Source: a virus (Duplodnaviria > Caudoviricetes). Taken from it: a stretch of 54,173 bases of DNA. Shown here in pieces: positions 47,832-54,173 of this stretch. The notes beneath the pieces were generated by a model that saw only the letters and a list, made by a program, of their open reading frames with translations, did no database searches and was not told where the DNA came from. The DNA is taken from the IMG/VR virus record IMGVR_UViG_3300013101_000011, positions 1-54,173 of that record. One strand, written 5' to 3'. Within the stretch, counting starts at the first letter, position 1. The number at the start of each line of letters is the position of its first letter. Made by a program: the position numbers and the translations under genes.

Positions 47832-48374
47832 TTAAAATGTTCCGCCTGCAGTAAGAAAATCGGCCCATTCGTCGCGCACAACTTTGACGATCTTGGGAGG
47901 ATTAACAAAGCCTGCGTTAAGGTCGACTAAATCCTGTTTGGTGATTCGAGTATCTTCTGCAGGTACTGTTGCCTTCTTTCCAACAATTACGTAGGGCTTG
48001 TTCCACTGCCCAATGTTGATGTCGCTGTACCAACCAACGTGATGATAATCGCTCATCAGGTCAGACTTGTTAAAGTTGCCGTCGTTCATAACGTCCAGGA
48101 TTTCCTGCAAGCAATCCAATGCCTTCCCAGTGTAATGATCGCCAACCCAATAAACGTTAACGTTTTGGTGATCACTCTTTTCTAAGCGGTGGCCGGCTTT
48201 GGTAGATGCAAGATCGTTAAAGTTGCCGATGAAGTCAATTGGGCTAGTGCGAATGTTAACGACAAGCGTTGAATGATGACGAACAGCAATTGAAGCTTTC
48301 AGGCCGTACTTCTTAAATATTGCGCGAAGTTTAGGGGCCTTCTCTTTCTTGTTTTCCTGACTCATATACGCCAT
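47832..48374 (-). CDS. Conserved phage early protein, LPD29-like
   Basis: MAYMSQE...SDLMSDYHHVGWY pattern, recalled resemblance only. Confidence 0.55.
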   Translation of the reverse strand: MAYMSQENKKEKAPKLRAIFKKYGLKASIAVRHHSTLVVNIRTSPIDFIGNFNDLASTKAGHRLEKSDHQNVNVYWVGDHYTGKALDCLQEILDVMNDGNFNKSDLMSDYHHVGWYSDINIGQWNKPYVIVGKKATVPAEDTRITKQDLVDLNAGFVNPPKIVKVVRDEWADFLTAGGTF

Positions 48375-48396
48375 GTGCTGTTCCTATTTAATTATT

Positions 48397-48437
48397 TAAT
48401 ACGTGTATTTTACAACCATTTTGGACAAACGTCTACC
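48397..48437 (-). promoter_or_regulatory. Phage early promoter
   Basis: GGTAGACG...TGTAAAATACACGTATTA; nearly identical to 51907-51947. Confidence 0.7.
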
Positions 48438-48647
48438 TCTATTTCCTAAGGATCACCAACGAATTTCCTAGAATTTTTCCAGTACCAGCACCTGTGCCAT
48501 GGCACATTGCGTTTATGCTGCCACGTCCACTTCCATCCGAAAATATACCTCTTTTTGCCTTCCGGGCTGGCGGCAGTAGTCACTGTATACATTCCAAACA
48601 GAATGTGATGAGTAAGGAAATCTATCAGGGCTGCTTTGTAATCAATC

Positions 48648-49034
48648 CTAATCATCTTTTTTGTTAAGGCACTTTTCTTTAAGAATCTCGTCGAAATCCA
48701 ACCATCCAAATTCCGCAAACATTGCAAACACATTGCGAGGCTCTTCCCACTCAGTTGCAAAATGGTACTTCTTGCCTTCTTTGGTAAAAATGGTTCCTTC
48801 GAGTGTTATGACATTTGTAGCATCGTTGAATGTATCTGTAAACGCAGATTCATAACCATCAGTTGGTTCTTTGGTCTTCTCCCAATCAATCCCAGCGCGG
48901 CTAATGTCTCGCAATGCCTTAAGGGTTTTGGAATCTGTATCGCCATAGTCTCCGAAGTGTCCGCCATAATAAGACCACTTCGCAGTTGTGCCATGCTTAA
49001 TCAAATAAGCCCACGCTAATTTTTTAACCTTCAT
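48648..49034 (-). CDS. Hypothetical protein
   Basis: 128-aa coupled ORF. Confidence 0.6.
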   Translation of the reverse strand: MKVKKLAWAYLIKHGTTAKWSYYGGHFGDYGDTDSKTLKALRDISRAGIDWEKTKEPTDGYESAFTDTFNDATNVITLEGTIFTKEGKKYHFATEWEEPRNVFAMFAEFGWLDFDEILKEKCLNKKDD

Positions 49035-49458
49035 GTATTACTTCTCCGTTGGGCAGGAGTAAATAAGTTTCCTTGCTAAGTTTGGTTGCGTAACGGTAAG
49101 TCGCCCATGTTCCGCTACGTTGCTGTTCTTTGTTTGTTACAGGGCAAACAATAACGATATCGGATGCATCCACAATATCATGGTTCCTAACCAAATAATC
49201 TTTTGGAACGTACATCTCATCTGCACCTACACACCATGCGCGTTTGGTATCGATTATTGGCGGATGGATATGGATGTTGATTTGGTAGTTTGGATTCTCA
49301 TCGTTCAACCAACATACCATTGCATGGAGGCGATCATCCGCGCCTACGCAATCTCCGTGGTGCACCTCATGCGGGCGGAGAATCGTAAGCAATCCTAACA
49401 GACGATCGAATTGCTTTGCGTTGATATCTGTTTGTGTTCCTGTAAATCCTATGTTCAT
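49024..49458 (-). CDS. SLOG-superfamily (YspA/DprA-like) protein
   Basis: IGFTG, HGDCVGAD, RN..IV, SGTWAT motifs. Confidence 0.75.
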   Translation of the reverse strand: MNIGFTGTQTDINAKQFDRLLGLLTILRPHEVHHGDCVGADDRLHAMVCWLNDENPNYQINIHIHPPIIDTKRAWCVGADEMYVPKDYLVRNHDIVDASDIVIVCPVTNKEQQRSGTWATYRYATKLSKETYLLLPNGEVIHEG

Positions 49459-49781
49459 AATACCATTCCTTTAATAAAGAATTCAAATTCCTCTTCTGTG
49501 TACCTTGTTCCATTAACATGATACGATTGATCTATTATTGTTTCCCTAAACTTCAGGCAATCGGCAGGACCGTCTAGTCTGTGCAAATATCCATCCCGCA
49601 AATACCGAGTTTTAATTATAGCAGGATCCCTAGTTGCCAAGTTAGTAAGTTGGGCGACAGTATATCTTTTACCATCCATCTCCCATGAAACACTTCGAGT
49701 GTCTTCGTCTTCGTCCCAGGCCTCACGTTCTAGCATGGCGCGGACTATCCGCACCATGCACCGCTGTCTACCTATTGTCAT
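49455..49781 (-). CDS. HRLDGPA-motif protein
   Basis: YLHRLDGPA; C-terminus similar to 50697-51041. Confidence 0.6.
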   Translation of the reverse strand: MTIGRQRCMVRIVRAMLEREAWDEDEDTRSVSWEMDGKRYTVAQLTNLATRDPAIIKTRYLRDGYLHRLDGPADCLKFRETIIDQSYHVNGTRYTEEEFEFFIKGMVL

Positions 49782-50020
49782 TATTCTGGGCCGAACAAGG
49801 TTTCGGTTCGGTCTTCGAACTCTTCTCGTCTTTCGCGCTCTCTACGATCAACCAATGTTTCGTCCCGATCCTCTAGCGCATTATAAATCTTATAAAAATC
49901 TGTGCCTCTGCGCTCAGGCGCGCGAACTTTGACGTTAATGTTACGGGTAACCGCCCACACAAGAAAAAGCATAGATACAATAAGTCCTAATTTAAAAAGT
50001 AAAGTCTCCATCCTAATCTC

Positions 50021-50362
50021 TTATGGTCCGTTTTTGATTACGTCATCTACGTGTTTGCATTGTGAGCGGAATTTCCAACCTGGGCAAGTGCAACGACATT
50101 CTCCATCTTCAACTATAACATAATGTGTCTTACCATTGCTACCATCAAATGGAATTTTCATAATTGTTTCTTCGTGCGCTTCCGCATAGGTTCCAACTTC
50201 CTCGAACTTGCGCCTGCCTCTGTTGAAGCCTTTCATTGGTTCCTTAAATTCTTTGTACGGAGTGTTGGGCCCTTGGTATCCTACAAGTTGGTCATGATCG
50301 TTAACATGATAGATGCCGTTTGTGAATTTCCAATCTGTAATCTCTTTCAAAATAGTAATCAT
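50021..50362 (-). CDS. SWIM zinc-finger protein
   Basis: CTCPGWKFRSQCKH. Confidence 0.7.
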   Translation of the reverse strand: MITILKEITDWKFTNGIYHVNDHDQLVGYQGPNTPYKEFKEPMKGFNRGRRKFEEVGTYAEAHEETIMKIPFDGSNGKTHYVIVEDGECRCTCPGWKFRSQCKHVDDVIKNGP

Positions 50363-50696
50363 TGCATTACCTATTTTCTAATTGTTCTGCGAATTTCCAG
50401 CAGTTGTCGGACCAACGGTTTATTAACACCTCTGCTTGCCTTTCGCTTAATAGTACATAACAAAAAGCATCGGGATAAAAAGTAATCCGCCCATGGTAAG
50501 CATATAAACCTCTGCTTTGAATCTGAGAGAAAACACTACCAAGTACCATTCCAAAGTGCGCTGTCGCAAATGATAAGACTTGCTGCATCTTCGATTGTGC
50601 GTTCGGTCTGCGCATCTTCCATCATATCGAGGCAAATGTCCTCATCAAATGTTTTGCGGACTTCTGCGAGTACTTCTGCTTCTGTGAAATTTATTT

Positions 50697-51041
50697 TCAT
50701 GATATCATTCCTAATACAAAAAAGTTAAATTCGTTTTCCTGGTATTCGTGGCCTGCGCAATGAAAACGTTGGCAATCAGTTTTTCCTTCGAAATAAAATG
50801 CAGGACCATCTAATCGGTGCAATTGCTCGTTCCTGTAAAACCAAGTCTTTCTCGGAGCCAGTGTAGTAGTGCCGAATTGCTGGATGTAATAATTGTGGCC
50901 GTTAAAATCATAATGAATCTGTCTTACAAAATCAGATTCGGAATCATGGCGCCATTCCCATTCTTGCTCCTGCAACATCAAGAAATATTTCTTAGTGAGA
51001 CAGACTTCCTCGATTATAAAATTGATTGCATTCTCAGACAT
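50697..51041 (-). CDS. HRLDGPA-motif protein
   Basis: Start reassigned to MSENA with AGGAG SD; QLHRLDGPA. Confidence 0.6.
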   Translation of the reverse strand: MSENAINFIIEEVCLTKKYFLMLQEQEWEWRHDSESDFVRQIHYDFNGHNYYIQQFGTTTLAPRKTWFYRNEQLHRLDGPAFYFEGKTDCQRFHCAGHEYQENEFNFFVLGMIS

Positions 51042-51048
51042 TATATTA

Positions 51049-51360
51049 CTATTTCTCCTGTTCCCAATTTCCTTCAGCTGCAAAGTTGGCAACCATGCCT
51101 TCGATTTCCTCTTTAGTAGTAGAAAAGAAATCAAAGATTTCCAAAATGCGGTAAGTAACAGTTTTGTTAGGGTTGGTAGTTGCGGTAACAGTGCATCGCT
51201 CGCCGCCGAAAAATCGGACAGTCCAAACGTGGCCGGTGTCGGTGTTGTTGTTTGCAACAAAGGTACAAGTATTAGGGATTTCAAATTCCATAGTTCCTAC
51301 CCAGGGTGTTGTCTGTAAGTTAAATTGGAGTTTAGCAATAAGTGATTCGACTAACTTCAT
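51049..51360 (-). CDS. Hypothetical protein
   Basis: Coupled ORF. Confidence 0.55.
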   Translation of the reverse strand: MKLVESLIAKLQFNLQTTPWVGTMEFEIPNTCTFVANNNTDTGHVWTVRFFGGERCTVTATTNPNKTVTYRILEIFDFFSTTKEEIEGMVANFAAEGNWEQEK

Positions 51361-51570
51361 GCTTCAGCGTCGATGCCGTCTTGTATTTTTTGCAGGCTTT
51401 CGTCGCTGCAAGAAATGTGATGTGCGCGTAAGTATTTAATTTGTTCTATGCAGGCTTCAATGTTCTGCGCCAGATATTCCTCACTCCACTCCTTGGGAGG
51501 ATTCTTCCTCCATTTGCGGATAACGTTGAGGCGGTGGTCAATTGCAGTTTTGTATGGCTTCAGTCTCATT

Positions 51571-51885
51571 TTAGTATCCTATCGCCTTAAGGTCAGCATT
51601 CGCGCATCGCATACGAATTGTAAGGTAGGTCGACACGTAAGTTTTGCCGTTAACGTCTGTTTTGATTTCAACATCATCAAATACAGCACCTTCTTCAATT
51701 GCAAGTTGCAAGCGGTAAGCAAGGGTGCGATTGTTGCCGCAACTATAACTGCCGCAAACAGGACGGTCGACGTCAGCCCAAACAGGAGTGACTACGTAAC
51801 GGTCAGTGCCGTCACCTACAATGTCAACTTTCAGAAGTCTTGCGCTAGGTCGTTGCTTTATTTCGGGTGCCATTTGAGTAGCCAT
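51571..51885 (-). CDS. Hypothetical early protein
   Basis: First ORF after an early promoter. Confidence 0.6.
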   Translation of the reverse strand: MATQMAPEIKQRPSARLLKVDIVGDGTDRYVVTPVWADVDRPVCGSYSCGNNRTLAYRLQLAIEEGAVFDDVEIKTDVNGKTYVSTYLTIRMRCANADLKAIGY

Positions 51886-51906
51886 TTGCTGTTCCGTTTA
51901 ATTATT

Positions 51907-51947
51907 TAATACGTGTATTATACAACCATTTTGGACAGACTGCTACC
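51907..51947 (-). promoter_or_regulatory. Phage early promoter
   Basis: GGTAGCAG...TGTATAATACACGTATTA. Confidence 0.7.
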
Positions 51948-51948
51948 T

Positions 51949-52293
51949 CTAATTTTCGAGAGGACCGTACCCTTTATCGTCTTCGTACCAATAAATGTAC
52001 TGTTTAACTTCGCCCTTATAGCCGGACCCTTTTAGTCCTTTAAGGTGGCCGGTTTTCGGGCATTCTGAGTGATACCATATTACATCATTGCCGAATTGCT
52101 TCTTCAACATCCATTGGCGATGTGCTTTTAGTTTACCGAGATGCAGCAACAATTTGGTTTTTCGCTTTTTATTGAAACCGATGAATCCATTTAGCCGGAT
52201 GTGCGCATCTTGGATTGAGCAGTTTATATCCAAAAGCCGCGGCCATTGTGTTTCGTAAAACATTTTATGAATTACAAGATTTTGAATTTTCAT
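51949..52293 (-). CDS. Hypothetical protein
   Basis: Coupled ORF. Confidence 0.55.
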   Translation of the reverse strand: MKIQNLVIHKMFYETQWPRLLDINCSIQDAHIRLNGFIGFNKKRKTKLLLHLGKLKAHRQWMLKKQFGNDVIWYHSECPKTGHLKGLKGSGYKGEVKQYIYWYEDDKGYGPLEN

Positions 52294-52928
52294 TACTTCC
52301 TCTTGCCGTCCTCATGGCGTGGTTCAGTTACTTCGCACTTGCTCATTATCTTAACAAGGTCCCAAATATTCCACGGATAGTAATCGTTAGTGTCGACTCC
52401 GATGTCTCGTCCTCGGCCTGCTGCTACTTGCGGAACGGATCCATGTGTATGTCCGTAAAAATGGAATGCTCCGTGGTGCATACGATTCCACGTATACAAA
52501 GGATAATGCAATAAGATGATCGGAGCAGGACCGGGTTGCGGCAGCTTCAATTCGTGGTAGTCCTTCATCCAAACAAACTGATCTAAGATCAACTTCATCT
52601 TAGTCTTACGCAGTTGCCTGTCGTGATTACCAAAAATGAAATGCTTGTTACCATTCATTCGTACCAGGATCTCTGAGATTTCCGTTTCGTTCGCAAACGC
52701 AAAGTCGCCTAAGAAGTATACGTCATCACTGTACTTTACGACAGAGTTATGACGCTCGATCATTTCCTCACGCATATGAGTCGTGTCGGTAAATGGGCGA
52801 TCGCAAAAACGGATAATGTTCTTGTGCCCAAAGTGGTGATCAGATGTCACCCAAATGTTCTTTCTTTCGTTCATTCTGTTTCTTCTGTTTCTTCCTCTTT
52901 CTTCGGCACCAACGATACCACTGGGCAT
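52293..52928 (-). CDS. Calcineurin-like metallophosphoesterase
   Basis: SDHHFGH, LGD, GNHD, HYP and GHTH motifs; true start probably 52874. Confidence 0.9.
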   Translation of the reverse strand: MPSGIVGAEERGRNRRNRMNERKNIWVTSDHHFGHKNIIRFCDRPFTDTTHMREEMIERHNSVVKYSDDVYFLGDFAFANETEISEILVRMNGNKHFIFGNHDRQLRKTKMKLILDQFVWMKDYHELKLPQPGPAPIILLHYPLYTWNRMHHGAFHFYGHTHGSVPQVAAGRGRDIGVDTNDYYPWNIWDLVKIMSKCEVTEPRHEDGKRK

Positions 52929-53209
52929 TTCTTGTTACTAGTTACTTCTACTCCAAATGTAGATGCTACATGACTATGAAGCATTTTATGGAAATCTGTC
53001 GACAGCTCGGATCGACTGTGAGAAAATGCACCGGTGTCTAAATCAATGTCGAATGTTTTCCGATCGAATTCGATTTTTTTCGTCTTCGGAAATTCCCACC
53101 ACTCAACGTTAAAATGTAAAGTATATACATCATACGCATTAAATCCTTTAGCGGCACGAGTTGTAATTTCGTAAGCTTCAACCTTCTTTAGTAGTTGTTT
53201 ACTTATCAT
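52871..53209 (-). CDS. Hypothetical protein
   Basis: Coupled ORF. Confidence 0.55.
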   Translation of the reverse strand: MISKQLLKKVEAYEITTRAAKGFNAYDVYTLHFNVEWWEFPKTKKIEFDRKTFDIDLDTGAFSHSRSELSTDFHKMLHSHVASTFGVEVTSNKKCPVVSLVPKKEEETEETE

Positions 53210-53425
53210 AAAAATACTTTCCGTTGCGAATATCTTTCATCCGTGCTCGGCCATCAAAGGAGTAGGTCAGATCATCCAACCTATTCCAATCGTGCGCTTC
53301 GTACTCGGCCTGCTGTAAAAGCATAGCTTTCATTTTAGACTCAAGCTTGGCAATTTGCTCCTTAACGATTTCAAAATGTTCATCATCGCGCTCTAAGATA
53401 ATTGCCAGCCTTTCAATATTGCTAA

Positions 53426-54173
53426 TCATGTTAGAACCTCGCGGTCGAAAAAGTCTCGCAAATATGCAAAACGTTCCTGCTCAGTCAACACCATAAATGC
53501 ATCCTTGTTCTCTGCTAAATGATCCAACACGATATAATACTCTTCGTCTAGAATCTGTTTTGCAGCTCGCGTATCATCTAAGATTTCGTTCAACCGCTTT
53601 TCAGTCTTGCGTCCTAAAAATTTAGTAGCTAGGTAATATGGAGACTTGATTTTAATTTCGTTTCCAAAGTCGTCCCATACTACAAATCCTTCATGCTTCA
53701 CTGTGCGAGCTTCCTCTTTCAATTTAGCATAAGTATCGTAACGGTGCCAGTTTGGACGTCTGCATCCTAATTTATCTGCCTCTGCATCTAGTTCTGTTTC
53801 AGTCAATGCATGTTGATCGGCGTCCCAAGTCTTATAGCGAGCACCTAACAAATATGCTCCATATACTTCTGGCACGATGTGCGGATCGGTGGGATCGCAT
53901 ATTTCAAATGTGTAAGACAAGTCCGGATTCATCTTAAACCATGCCAACATCATAATATGATGTTCCGCAAGGTCTGCAAAATCAGACGCAATTGATCCTG
54001 TTGTAGATACGAACAATTCATTCTTATGTATTGTTGCGCAACCCATAAATCCGTTAATCTTTTCTGAGGCTGTGCAGGGCTTAGTCACTAACAAGCGCGG
54101 TGCCTTCTTTTCGTGTGCATTGAAAATCTTAGTAGGCGGGCGTTGGATGATGTTGTAATCATCGTCAACAACA
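53426..54173 (-). CDS. RNA ligase, T4 Rnl1-like, 5' end outside the window
   Basis: KIFN, EKINGF, FEI, EGFV and KIK motifs; frame open to the window edge. Confidence 0.85.
   Translation of the reverse strand, partial: VVDDDYNIIQRPPTKIFNAHEKKAPRLLVTKPCTASEKINGFMGCATIHKNELFVSTTGSIASDFADLAEHHIMMLAWFKMNPDLSYTFEICDPTDPHIVPEVYGAYLLGARYKTWDADQHALTETELDAEADKLGCRRPNWHRYDTYAKLKEEARTVKHEGFVVWDDFGNEIKIKSPYYLATKFLGRKTEKRLNEILDDTRAAKQILDEEYYIVLDHLAENKDAFMVLTEQERFAYLRDFFDREVLT

Noticed and set aside
1-54173. Genome-wide stop-codon reassignment suggested by the UUA tRNA and the in-frame TAG
   Set aside because: Genes tile densely in the standard code, long conserved genes are unbroken, and TAA, TAG and TGA all end well-defined genes.

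Overview
This is a 54-kb fragment of a large, jumbo-type dsDNA tailed phage. A Gram-negative, probably gammaproteobacterial, host is inferred from sigma70-like promoters, an rrn-type boxA, and YadA- and IscA-type genes. Almost everything is on the minus strand in the standard genetic code. The left end carries baseplate/tail genes. The rest is an accessory region of small ORFs, nucleotide and RNA-repair enzymes, translation-rescue factors, DNA and RNA ligases, two large tRNA/ncRNA operons and a minimal RNase P-like RNA. Main candidate discovery: each tRNA operon is preceded by a 28-aa leader peptide and an intrinsic terminator, and the leader codons match the downstream tRNAs. Leader 1 (12654-12740) has 19 of its first 20 codons ANN and precedes 12 tRNAs that all have NNU anticodons. 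Leader 2 (32135-32221) has a run of Leu/Lys/Glu/His codons and precedes only His, Glu, Leu and Lys tRNAs. This looks like ribosome-mediated attenuation that senses loss of specific host tRNAs and switches on matching replacements. A third leader (MIKVTDN-TAA-VPSLHDPP-TAG) precedes a PTH2-like gene and lies near a tRNA with a UUA (ochre) anticodon. All calls were made by eye; no searches or folding programs were run.
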